From contig NMRA01000316.1 of assembly GCA_002633005.1 (NCBI GenBank), positions 451,382 to 515,381 of the forward strand: a stretch of 64,000 bases of DNA, written 5' to 3'. Positions 25,760-36,915 of the stretch are shown in pieces. The notes beneath the pieces are model-generated. The model was not told the DNA's origin and searched no databases. It saw only the letters and a list, made by a program, of their open reading frames with translations. Source of the DNA: Phoronis australis (Eukaryota; Animalia; Phoronida). The stretch's first letter is position 1, and every line of letters begins with the position of its first letter. A program made the position numbers and the translations under genes.

Positions 25760-26101
25760 CATAGGCGGATTTAGGAAGGGGGCCCGGGCCCCCCCCCCTT
25801 GGCTGCCGCAAAAAAAACAGTAAGAGCGTAAGGAAATGGTGAGTTTATTAATTAACCCCGGTAATTAAAATTATACGGATGAAAAAAGATTTAAATGTGT
25901 GCAGTTTTAGTGTTTGGGGGGGGGGCTCAAACCCAATTTCAAGTGTCAAATTCGGAACACGGCGCATTCGTAACGGAACTATGGCTAAGCAAAGATTTTA
26001 TAGATAGTATAGGCTCTCCCGCGATATCCCAGGCGACCGGCAGTGGCGCTGCGCACTACGACTCTGTTTTCGTCGTCTGCTCCACTGTGCAATGAAGAAA
26101 A
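25760..26101 (+). mobile_element. Truncated CATAGGCGGATTTAGG-type element present only in duplicate copy 1
   Basis: Begins exactly where copy 1 diverges from copy 2 (gactgactcc|). TIR resembles the CAGGGGCGGATCTAGG MITEs. Runs into the N at 26102. Confidence 0.55.
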
Positions 26102-26614
26102 NATGGCTGTAAATCCTGTTTTCTTTGAGTATGTGTTTTTCTATAATGTGACAACGGCAACTCAATATATTGGATGTTTCATGTTATTGCTGGCAATTTT
26201 AGTTTTTCCATTTGCCTCAGTCTGTATCTTTAGAGTTCCCACATTTTCATGAAATCAAGCAACTAATATTTGAGAGACGATGACGTCGTTACAAATTTGG
26301 ATGATTAGTCATATTTTGCACCATTCCGTTTTCATGATACCAAAAACACCCCTAACAGTTCACCATTTTGAGTGCAGTTGTGGGTGCATTTCAACGCTCG
26401 GCATTGCGCTTGTTGAATGGGTTTGACGTATGCTATGCCACTGAATGGCTAATTCTATGATACTGAATTAATAGATACACCTAAACTCACGCCATCTGCG
26501 GTGCTGCCATGTGGCTTTGCTTTTTGTCTTGCATTACCATTCATACAAAGTTTATGTTAGCGTAAACGGTTGCTTATTGGTCATTACTCAGTATTAATGT
26601 TTTTTTCTTTCAAG

Positions 26615-26832
26615 AAAACTTGGCATCTCTAGATCCAGTATTACGGCCTGATCGCCTGGTTTCCTTTGAGAACATCGTTACTATATCAGCTAAAGAAAAG
26701 ACAAACACTCAACATCTTCAGAACAGGATTCGCAAGATACTAGACTATTACGCTGAACTCGAGTTTGAGAAGGCATCTAACCCAGACAGTACTGCTGTGG
26801 CAGCTGAAGCGCACACTCATCTACTTACCTGA
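26615..26832 (+). CDS. GTPBP10: Second copy of the GTPBP10 terminal exon (tandem duplicate or uncollapsed allele)
   Basis: Nearly identical to 23752-23969, with intact acceptor (ctttcaag), stop codon and AATAAA. Two amino-acid differences (D>N, V>A). Confidence 0.75.
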
Positions 26833-28309
26833 TCTGAAGAGTGAAGAATGTGTGTTGACGATGGCATGATCTAATAAAAACCTATTTTCTCTGACAATCT
26901 AAGGCGATTAAGAAATGTTGTCCAACCCTAAACCAGTTTGTCTGTCAAATTGACACCATGCCTGGTTTGTCTGTGCAGGTGCACTTCAGTGATTCCAAGA
27001 TGGAACTGGATTACCGTGCTCGCCCTAATAATCGCCCAGGGCGTTTACAAAAAAACATTTCAGGTAGGGGGCGCTTATTAAGGACTAAAGCAGTTGAAAC
27101 CTGGTCTCCAAAACGGTAAAATCTTAAGCTAGGACGCATCAAATTTACGCTCTGTGACCTATCGGTAACTTATGACAGACTTTCTACAAAATTGTAGTGT
27201 ATTGCTATCAAACTTCGTTGTTAAATTAGGATCATTTTTCCGAAAATTGTGCTGAAATCCCAAGGCGAAAACTCACCGACTGATGCGTCGCTGTCTCGAG
27301 ATCTTGGATAGGGCAACTTGAATTCCTGAATAAAAATACAGTTTCTACTCAACAAGTTTTCCAGATATCGTCCCTAAGATTTTTTAAGTGCCTGTGGAGT
27401 GGGGACTAATTGCATATAAGCAGTGCTGTAGTGTGTGCATTGTAACTAAAAAAATAACAGAAGCAGTAAACCAGAACGTGTTTTAATCAGCACTTGTTGA
27501 CTAATCTCATCTGCGAAAAACGTCCGAGTCGCCGCAGGGGTGACACAGTGCGAGACAGACTAACAATTATTTTCCGGGAGATTCAAGGGGTGTGGGGTGC
27601 GGACGTGCTAACTATCAGTGGGTTATTGTGACTTTAAAAACACCAGTTATGGTTAATTAAATAATTCCTAAGAAAATAACGCAAACGTTTTTTCGGTGTT
27701 AGAACTTTTTGGCCAATTAGTGCCAATATTTATTTCTTGCCGATGCTATGCTACCCGCGTCATGACTTGATAGTTCCCTGTGACTAATGTCTTCGATGAC
27801 AGGTACATGTATGTAGCGCGCCCTTTTGCTTTTAACTTTGGTCAAGTTTTTATTCTGTTAGACTTCGATTAGCGGTTTTCTCGTGTAACCAAGTAATTTG
27901 GATTCCTGTTGAGAGATTTTAAAGATACAAATTATGCAATCCCTTTACAAGTACGCAGCCAGACAATAATGGGACACGTTGCTCGCAAGACAGCAACGTT
28001 CTTTTTGCCGGAAGCACGGTGGAAGTTTGAAGTGTTGTCAGGGCTACATACCGACGAGGCGAGGCTCGAGGTCTACAAATTCCGCGCACAATGATTTTTC
28101 AGGACTGTCGAATCTTATTGTTAAATTGAAGACGTTACTGTAGAATTTTAGACCTGTATGTAAGGCATTTTTCGCATGTACACGTCTGAAAACGCGTGGG
28201 TACGTGTTGATAGGGGCATAGGCGCTTATTATAGGGCGAATACGGGCATACCCGGCTGATGCAAGACTGACTCCCTAGTGTGCAGGAGTAGTGCATACTC
28301 CTAACTACT

Positions 28310-28490
28310 CCTAAACGACAATGCTATTTGAACATCACATGATTTACGTGCAGTTGTATTGGCATTGGCAACTTGTAAATGTGAAAACAAAATGATTCTG
28401 CAAATAGGTGACCTTTGCACTAACGGAGGTACGTCGGGCCTCACGATCACGGTGCATCATGCAGTGTTATTTCCCAGCACACTTACCCGA
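28310..28490 (+). repeat. Dispersed repeat, also at ~38358-38720 and ~39972-40320
   Basis: Shared ctaaac(g/a)..aatg(c/g)tatttgaacatc...gcagttgtatt...acaactt.taa.tgtgaaaa...acctttgca in three copies. Confidence 0.75.
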
Positions 28491-29137
28491 TCGCGACCCG
28501 GTAGAAAGCTACCGACTCGGGGGAAATTTTATTGACAAAAATCTTCTGACATTTAATTTAATACCCTACAAAAACTGCTGTAATTTAAGTTTCGCATTTT
28601 TGCTTCATTGGCCCCAGCCAAGGAATAAGTCTTTTGTGACCAGTGACTTCTTGTTTAATTCCTTACAAAAAACAGGCAACAATCCTGCAACAAAATCTCA
28701 AACGTTAGTTGTTAATTTCTCAGCACTCTTGAAAAAAGGCGTGGCTCGTTGGTTGAGAAATAGTTGCAAAATTGGTATGTGAAGCTTTGTATAGTATTTT
28801 TTGTCTGCCTACCTACCCGCTTGTACCAAAAGTACGTTCGGGTAAGGGCAAATTATAATGATATTTTTCACTGGCCCAGGTAAGGTTTTTGCATGACCTT
28901 AGAAAACTCCAAATTTGGTTGGCTCAGTTCGGAACATCATATCTCGGAGATGCTGATCGAATCAATAAAACAGTCACTGCCACTCGTTCTCTATCACACG
29001 TCTGCTACCCGGCACAGGCAGACGGCCGGCCGCCATCGATCTCTGTATGATGAAGACTTTCGCAGGTGAATAAAATCAAAAATTGAATAAAGCAAAGGTG
29101 AAACAATAGTTTAGGAGCTGTAACAGCGTCTTTGAGA

Positions 29138-29837
29138 TTTCGTTTTGAACAATTACATTACATTAAAAGAAATTTGTCGTGCATCGATATCGAACTTATT
29201 TTGCAATTAGTGTGCCTTCTTCATTTTCTCAGTGCGGCTGGTTGGTAAGGCGTGATCACGCGACCCAATTAGTGATATCTTGTCAAGTGGAAAAATCGAA
29301 TTCTACAGGCTTTTTCCTTTCAGAAAATTTTACGGAGTTGAAATTTGTAGTTTTCTAAACATGTGTCTAAATAAACAGAAGTTGATACTGAACGGCCTAG
29401 GCTCTATACCCCGCTTATCACAGCACCGGAATCGGTTCCAATATGATGAAAATGCTTCAGACGCTACTGTTGAAGGTGACGTTTCCTAGAATTCCCCAAC
29501 AAATCGAATTTCCGAATCCACTATCTAAATGCGGGTGGGGTTTTCTACTGAATATCGCCAGGATTTTGAGTCAGTGACGGCTTGACCAAAGTTAGAACCC
29601 GTACTCATCATTCTTGACACAGCCACCATTTTACCCGACAAACAACACGATACCGGGTAAAATTTAATGTTTAATTGTTAGTCGACATTACGCAACGGGC
29701 CGGACCGCGGAGCTTGCGATAGGACAATTTTCTCAAGTACGTGGGCAGTTTCTTTTGTGTTAGTTGTGTCGATGCTCATTTGTCGTAAATGCGAATACCA
29801 ATTGCTGTTTCGAGGTGGCGCTATATGGGTATTTCCC
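29138..29837 (+). promoter_or_regulatory. Cluster of immune transcription-factor-like motifs upstream of the TPR-TIR gene
   Basis: kB-like GGGTATTTCCC (29827), GGGGTTTTCT (29537) and AGAATTCCCC (29488); AP-1 TGAGTCA (29567); IRF-like TTTCGTTTT (29138). Short motifs, so they could occur by chance. Confidence 0.4.
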
Positions 29838-29926
29838 AGACACGAAATTTCGAGAGGTGCTGGTCTTCAACCTATGCGAGAGATTTGTGTTGAACTGTTA
29901 CACCACAGCTCATAGCTGTGAGCAGA

Positions 29927-31621
29927 ATGGAAAAGCTTAAGCGGGATTTTGAGATCGAGGGACACCTTACAAAAAAGTACCTGAATAATTTAGACCATGA
30001 TTTTGTACAGGAATGTTGCAACAGGTACGAAGTTGAACACACGGACGAACCACATTCGCGACCGACGGCCATTACAAATCTTTTGGGATTCTGTTACTGG
30101 AAGTTGAAACGATATGATGATGCTCGAAAGATGTTTGATAAGACTTTGCACATCGACGATAGGAACTTGAATGCCTTATTGAATCTTGCGTGTTTTTATC
30201 AGAAACGTTACGGTAAAGACGATGAACGTGTCGGACAATACATTACGAAGCTTTACGATATTTCAAATGCTAAAGACTTTCACGTATGTAGAGCAAGATA
30301 TTTTTTTGAGCACGGCACTGCCATGACATGTGTAGATGAGTTCAATACTAGAAAAGGTGAAAAGGGTCGGGACGATGCCATTGCAAGGTTCGAAAAAGCA
30401 TTTGAAGTGGCGCAAGACGACATTGACGACAATGAAAAAAACGAGTGGAAATTTGGACTTGCATTCTTGTACTACAGAATGGACACGTCATATGGGAAAG
30501 ATTCCACAGCTTATTTTGAGAAAGGAGTGAAACTTTTCTATGAAATCGCTAGAAATTCATCCTGTTGGAACCCAGAAAACGGAGACGAGGCTGCTAAAGA
30601 ACGCCACAGTGACAGGATAGCCAAGGCCTGGATGTTTCTTAGTAACTTACTGTCCCGTTATCCGGAGAAGCGGAAAAATTTGAGGTTAGAAGACGTGATT
30701 GGCAAGGATATTGTTGAGGAGCATCGTCAATTAGATCAGCTTGGATGCTGTGAAAAGGCGGAAAAACTTTCTTCTGGAATACCATCCATTCTGCTGGGTT
30801 TAGCAAAGAGTTACATGAACATGAAGAATATGCAAAAGGCGAAGACATGTCTAGACAACGCTTTCGAGTTACAACCTAACATTGCGTATACCCTTGTCCT
30901 GCTTGGAAGGTGGCATTTGAAATCCTACGAGCTTAGAGACAAAAAAGAACCCGAACAACTGGAAAAGGCTTTGGATTATCTTGAGAAGGCAAAGGAGAAA
31001 AGGGCTACGTTGTTTAGTTTCTATACAGATCTTGCACGTGCGTATATTGAAGACGGGAAATTCCATGATGCTATAGAAGTGTGTGCGGATTGTTATCAGT
31101 TGTGTCCGAATGGAAAACGGGAGCCTAGATTGCAACGTCTTTGGGGCGAGGCAAAAGACAAGGCTGGTGACAAAATTGGCGCAGAAAAATGTTACAAGCA
31201 AGCAGAGGATATGGAAAACGGGCTTGATGTTGAGAAAACGAAAGATTATGGTGCAGTGTATTATGACGGGGATGAAGAGCTCGTCAGGACTCTTGTTGAG
31301 AAAATTGATGAAAAATTCCGTGTGGACAGTTACTTGTATGCCAGGGATAAATCTCCGTGGGAGAATGAAAGTACTCAGTGGCGAGATATGGTAGACAAGT
31401 GTAAAAGATTGTTAGTGTTCGTCAGCCAAGGATTTGTTTCCAAAACTTCTTGGGCGAGGCAGGTGGTTGAAAGCGAGGTAGAAATTCCCGTTATCATGAT
31501 AAAGCTCGAAAAGTTTGAAGGCCGATTACCATTGAAACTGTGTAATAAGCCTGAAATTTTAAATGACGAATCGCCGTCATTTTGGTCGGAAATGCGAAAA
31601 GTATTTGAAGCAGCAGAATAA
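29927..31621 (+). CDS. TTC22/IFIT-like tetratricopeptide repeat protein with C-terminal TIR domain; uninterrupted ~564-aa ORF
   Basis: Longest ORF in the window; first ATG at 29927. TPR helices (TNLLGFCYWKLKRYDDARKMFDKTLHIDDRNLNALLNLA; PSILLGLAKSYMNMKNMQKAKTCLDNAFELQPN; YTDLARAYIEDGKFHDAIEVC). TTC22-like segments (EKNEWKFGLAFLYYRMD, PRLQRLWGE). The last ~125 aa (from ~31241) follow the TIR pattern: DYGAVYY, YARDKSP (BB loop), KRLLVFVSQGFVS..W, PVIMIKLE, FWSEMRKVF. Confidence 0.88.
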   Translation: MEKLKRDFEIEGHLTKKYLNNLDHDFVQECCNRYEVEHTDEPHSRPTAITNLLGFCYWKLKRYDDARKMFDKTLHIDDRNLNALLNLACFYQKRYGKDDERVGQYITKLYDISNAKDFHVCRARYFFEHGTAMTCVDEFNTRKGEKGRDDAIARFEKAFEVAQDDIDDNEKNEWKFGLAFLYYRMDTSYGKDSTAYFEKGVKLFYEIARNSSCWNPENGDEAAKERHSDRIAKAWMFLSNLLSRYPEKRKNLRLEDVIGKDIVEEHRQLDQLGCCEKAEKLSSGIPSILLGLAKSYMNMKNMQKAKTCLDNAFELQPNIAYTLVLLGRWHLKSYELRDKKEPEQLEKALDYLEKAKEKRATLFSFYTDLARAYIEDGKFHDAIEVCADCYQLCPNGKREPRLQRLWGEAKDKAGDKIGAEKCYKQAEDMENGLDVEKTKDYGAVYYDGDEELVRTLVEKIDEKFRVDSYLYARDKSPWENESTQWRDMVDKCKRLLVFVSQGFVSKTSWARQVVESEVEIPVIMIKLEKFEGRLPLKLCNKPEILNDESPSFWSEMRKVFEAAE

Positions 31622-32193
31622 TGCCTATGTTCCATGAGCCAAGCAGTGTATACTTATTTTGGAAACCTGTGTGACTACTTCGTCAACAATCCTTACATAT
31701 ATGCAGGTGTCGCATTAATACGTTTGGGCTTTGCACAACATAGACATAACGTGAACTGTGTATAGACATCCCAGGCGTGTACATGTACCTAGAGTGATAG
31801 TTCGTTATCTGTTAGGCGTAGGCAGTTCGGTTGCGGATTCTATCGTGTGGGTCAAAAGTGTTACATGAAAAGGTTCCATGCTTCTGTGACATATTTTTGG
31901 AAACAATTAAAACTACATGTGAAACGTTTTCGGCCCACCTTGTACATGTAGTTTTGTGTCTCTGACATGTTGGTGATGAATCCAACGCTGTCCGCACTAC
32001 TGCAAGCTTAATGTTTGCATCATTTAAAATAATGCTGTTTGAAATTAACTTAATGGTGTTAAGATTGTGATATGGCACACCGCAGCAGGAACGTTTTCCC
32101 TGTCTCAGAGTACCATCCCTGGTGCATGCAGATTATGATAGATAACAATGACAAAGTGTTATCAGATGCCACGAACGTTGAACCATGCACCTG

Positions 32194-32584
32194 GGCCCGG
32201 TCTCTAATCTTTGTACTCGAAACGAACTCGAAACTATTTTTGACAATTTCTCTGCTCCTTTTGTGCGAACTTAAGATAATTGGTTATCAGACTGTGTGCT
32301 TGAATACATTATAGTTTATGCATAGGAGTTTCTAGTTCAAGTTTGCCCTTAAAGACCCTTATATTCGTGCTACAAGCTCTAGTAAAAACTCGAAAGTTCG
32401 AGTTCAAACTCGAACTTATTGCTTTAATATTGGGTTTACAAACTGTGAACTAAGGGCAATAAATTATCTACGTAAGTTATTGTGTACTCGAGCATAGAAT
32501 AATAGACACTTATCTTGAGTTCGCCCAAAAGTAGCGTAGAAAATGCCAAACCTAATTTCGAGTAAAAAGATTGGAGACCGGGCC
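32194..32584. mobile_element. MITE (PIF/Harbinger-like), copy 1
   Basis: TIR GGCCCGGTCTCTAATCTTTGTACTCGAA / TTCGAGTAAAAAGATTGGAGACCGGGCC with 3-bp TSD ctg/ctg. Confidence 0.85.
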
Positions 32585-33470
32585 CTGACCTCGAGCTCCA
32601 AGCAGATTTATCCAGTACTAGATACGGTTTAAAATTTTGTTCGTGTCGGCAACCAATGAGAACTTACAAACCAGCAACTACTCAAGAAAATGCTTTAGAG
32701 TTGTTTGGTTGTAGGCCAACCCGAAAATTGGCGAATTCGAGAACGACGCATGTACGCATTGTCTGTGACTTAAGTTAGGAAAGGATCTCGTAAGGAGTAT
32801 TACAAATTACAATACTGATTTGATGAGAATAAAGTCCAATTCGATATTCTTTTTTACATTCACGAACAAGGCGAAATGTGGTGGTAAGCACGTGGCTGAA
32901 TGTGATAAGAGAAACCGCTGTTTCGATGCAGCTTTGAGTTGCTTAAATTTAAGCTCCGTTTCGCCTTGTCTAGGTGCTGTACTTGCTGGATAACCGAATC
33001 AGATCTTTTACTCACACACAAACGGCCTATTCCTCCCTGAGATATGATTTTATTTCCCTTACCATCTCAAGACATAGGAACTGCGTAAAAATTATGCGTC
33101 ATTTTGAAAATTTTTTATGTAGGTACATGTACATTTTCGGCCAATCTCTATAAACTCTGATTAAGAAGCGTTTTGTTGAGTCGTCGAGGGTTTCGATGTT
33201 CTTCATTTGTAAAGGATGTAGAGACCGATTTTATAAGGTGTGTAAAAGCTTGATTTGGTTTCCGTTTTCAGGCAGGTAAAGAGGTGAAATGCAGCTTTGC
33301 TTACAAATTTCGAATGCATTTGTCATTTTCAGCATCATTTGTTATTGTAATGTAATGAAACACGAATGTCTGATTACATGTGTTGCTTAATTGCACGACT
33401 AGTTGGATGTGTAACCCTGGAAAGAACCCACCCCCCAGGATTCTCCCCACTCATGAAGTTGAGAGCCCTG

Positions 33471-33876
33471 GGCCCGGTCACTAATCTTTGTACTCGAAAC
33501 GAACTCGAAACTATTTTTGGCAATTTCTCTGCTCCTTTTGTGCGAACTAAAGATAATTGGTTATCAGACTGTGTGCTTGAATACATTATAGTTTATGCAT
33601 AGGAGTTTCTAGTTCAAGTTTGCCCTTGAAGACCCTTATATTCGTGGTGCTACAAACTCGAGTAAAAACTCGAAATTTCAAGTTCAAACTCGAACTTATT
33701 GCTTTAATATTCTGCTTACAAACTGTGAACTAAGGGCAATAAATTATCTACGTAAGTTATTGTGTACTCGAGCATAGAATAATAGACACTTATCTTGAGT
33801 TCGCCCAAAAGTAGAGTAGAAAATGCCAAACCTAATTACGAGTTCCATTTCGAGTAAAAAGATTGGAGAACGGGCC
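33471..33876. mobile_element. MITE (PIF/Harbinger-like), copy 2
   Basis: Near-identical to 32194-32584 with unrelated flanks. Confidence 0.85.
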
Positions 33877-36124
33877 TAGGTCAGCACATTTTTCTACGCG
33901 TGCTGGCCAGGCACGCAGGGAGGCCAGCGAGTTACTCACGTGATTAACACTCGTCATCAGCAATGCTTTTCTAATAATCGTCTTCAAGAGAAAAAACGAT
34001 TCTAACTAAATCCTAAGTTAAGTAAGGGATAACTTATTTTGCACAATGTTCTCCTGAGAAAATTTATTAGATTTTCAAAAAGCATTTTAGGGAATGCAAA
34101 TCTGGATTTCTCCAGGGACTCATCTTTGTCATTTATACGTTTTTAAATTGTAATCATTTGATATTAGTCTGCTACAAGTGTGGCCGCTGATGACATCCAC
34201 GGTTACCATTTTCCAGTTTTTTTGTAGCTCTTTTATTAATAGGTCATTCACGGAGGTGGGCTTCAATGATGCAAAAAAGGGCTTCTCTTTTCCTGTTGTT
34301 GTGTACTCGTGCAACCTTATATTTTAAGAAACTTGACACACCCATGGGGGGTGTCGCATTGACGGAATCATCTCTAACTCTTATCCAGTTTTTATAGGAA
34401 TAACATAAACAATAGTGATTCGCAATGAATTTCTTAGTTAGAATCGTTTTTCTTTTGAAGACGATTATTAGGAAAGCATTGTTGATGACTAGGGAACTCG
34501 GTTTGTCGACTTCGAACAGTCTGAGCTGTGGTTTTTTAGTGAATTCGTACAGTGTGCATGAGGTCAAAGTGTTCTACTGATAATCGTAACCAAAAATGTC
34601 TACGATTTTGGAGTGCATGTTTTTCTCCTAAACCTCGATAGACTTGAGCTATGTATGAATCCAATGCAAGACAGTAGCGTGCACCTGTAGCAAAAAGGCT
34701 TGTGTATCTACGAGAACCGACTATTTCGTGTGGACAACTATTACATGTACTGTACAATGAATAAGCTAATTTGTAAGAAATCGATAGTGCTTCTGAATCA
34801 GTGATTTGAAGCAGACTGAAATTCGAGAAATGTTCAATTATATCCCCAAAAATGAACCAAGTAATTTTTGCAAATCTGAAATGAAATTAGTGTTTCGGTG
34901 AATTTTGAAATAGTATGATGAAATTCGGACACTTAAATATCATTTGCCTTTCCTTACACAGCAGCCACTTGAAACTCGATCGGGTACCCCGAGGCTTTTT
35001 CAACAAGGAGATCGCGAAAAAGCGCCTTAGAAAGCGTACCGCGGTCCGCAGATCGAGAGTCTGCCTTCAGTATGTGACAAGTGAAGTTTCTTCAGACTGG
35101 AATTATAACAATGTGACAGTTGACCTTAGGTCCCATATTCACTCTCGGAAACAAACAGAACTACTGTATAACCGAAGACTCGGACACAACGTCCCATCTA
35201 CTCATTTGCGATGGCACGAGATCAGATGCCGCGTACTCCCCTCTTTCCGTTGTCCTAGTTGAGGGAGTCTTACGTTATTCAGTTGGCACCTTCTTGACTT
35301 CCTAAGAATTTGAAATTGACCCACCAAAAGTCAAAATCATTGGCCGCATATCAGTGCTGGGGTCTAAAAGCAACCCATCCTCGCGAACTTTTTTTCGTAG
35401 GCTTACAGTTCATTTTTCCTACTTTGTTGTACAGTCAAGTGACCTAATTATCGGACGTTTTGGCACATTTTGCATTATATTTAATTGAAAATATTACGGA
35501 TTGTTGTAAATTCTTTGCTGAAATAAAGATTTACCTTCACGGAATTGTTCTGTTACTATATCTTGTCACTGAAAGCCACATTTATGTTCCGACTGATCTT
35601 CAAAAAACACAACAACCAAACCTTCGGGGGACCTAAATATCGGACACCATGTTTCTCCATACGCCACACCGCGGAAAACTGACTAACCACGTAATGGCCG
35701 CGGGCACCTTGTCGCCAAATTTCAGCTCGAGTGTTTTGACATATATGCTGCTGAACCCAGGTCCATTCGCAACAAAANATGAAAGAAAACTTCATACTTT
35801 CTTGACATGAAATAAAAAATCACAGGTTCTCGCCCGGCTATTGCCCGCCATCTCTTCGGTATGCATTGATAACTGCGTATAAGCCGATTCTAATTGCTAC
35901 GTTGCGCTCCATGGGGGCCTCTCCCGGCCACGACTATATAATGATTGAGTGGTCGTAGCCTAGCATGGTTTAACGCTAGTAAAGAGCGCTCTGAAACACG
36001 GCGCAATTAAGTGTCTTCCGAATGTAATTTAAGAGGGAAAATGAGGCCCTCACTTCCCAAAAAGGGATGTCTTTTGTGGGAAGTGCTGGCATATACTGAG
36101 TATCTCCCGCAAAAACTCATGTGC

Positions 36125-36571
36125 CCCGGTTGCATGAAAGCAGTCCCAAATAGGGACTCAACTAAGGTCCCTAAATCTACTGCTTATTTGCGTTCTCACA
36201 GCTTGAAAACACGTCGATGTTGTCTTATGCCGCTATTTGAGTATCATCATGAAATGCCAATTTGTGGCTTTGATACAAATCGGGAGTGAAATTTACATTG
36301 AATCTAATTTTCTTTGAAAATAAGTAGGGATCCTTTCATGCTGCGCCTCCAATTTAAGGACTAATTAAGTCCTAAACTGGCTCAGTTTTGATAATTAGGG
36401 GCTCAGTTTTTAGTGATATTATTAGAAAAGGCCACCAGTCAAAGAAGAGCTCATAATAAAGATAAAATTATAGAAGAAATATTACAATTGTGCTTAAAGA
36501 ACGAAACAAACACGAACAAGATTTGGGGACCTTAGTTGAGTCCCTGTTTGGAACTGTTAGTGGCAACCGGG
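36125..36571. mobile_element. MITE with ~50-bp TIRs upstream of RAB18
   Basis: cccggttgca..gcagtcccaaatagggactcaactaaggtccctaaatct / agatttggggaccttagttgagtccctgtttggaactg..gcaaccggg. Confidence 0.8.
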
Positions 36572-36915
36572 TACCGTAACGAGCGCCCAAGTTTGCGATG
36601 CTCCTTTGTTGGTTTTGTATTTCCAGCCACTGTTTTCACAAAACCGTAACATTGGGCACCAAAATAAAAGTGATTTGTAGAAGTTCGAGAAAATTAACTG
36701 TACTACCGAATTTTTTAGTCTTATTTTATACAAAACGACACAAAGTAATGCTGATTTTTGAAATTTGCTCTAGTTAAACACAAGTAGTGATGACGTGTCA
36801 TAAACTGTGTAAATGAGCCAGGTTATATTTTCGTTGACTGACCTAATCATACATTGACTGATGATTTTTGGTTTTGCTACTGTTAAGAACTGACTGGTTG
36901 AGTCTTCTGAGGGAA

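Larger units (their letters stand above)
23236..28274 (+). repeat. Direct duplication 23236-25760 / 26103-28274 including the GTPBP10 last exon
   Basis: Near-identical colinear sequence. Copy 2 begins right after the N at 26102 and lacks ~330 bp (24568-24895). Confidence 0.95.

Noticed and set aside
29918-29926. GTG start and possible bacterial origin of the intronless TPR-TIR ORF
   Set aside because: An ATG is available at 29927; the motifs resemble animal TTC22/IFIT and TLR-type TIRs; no operon context or obvious compositional break.
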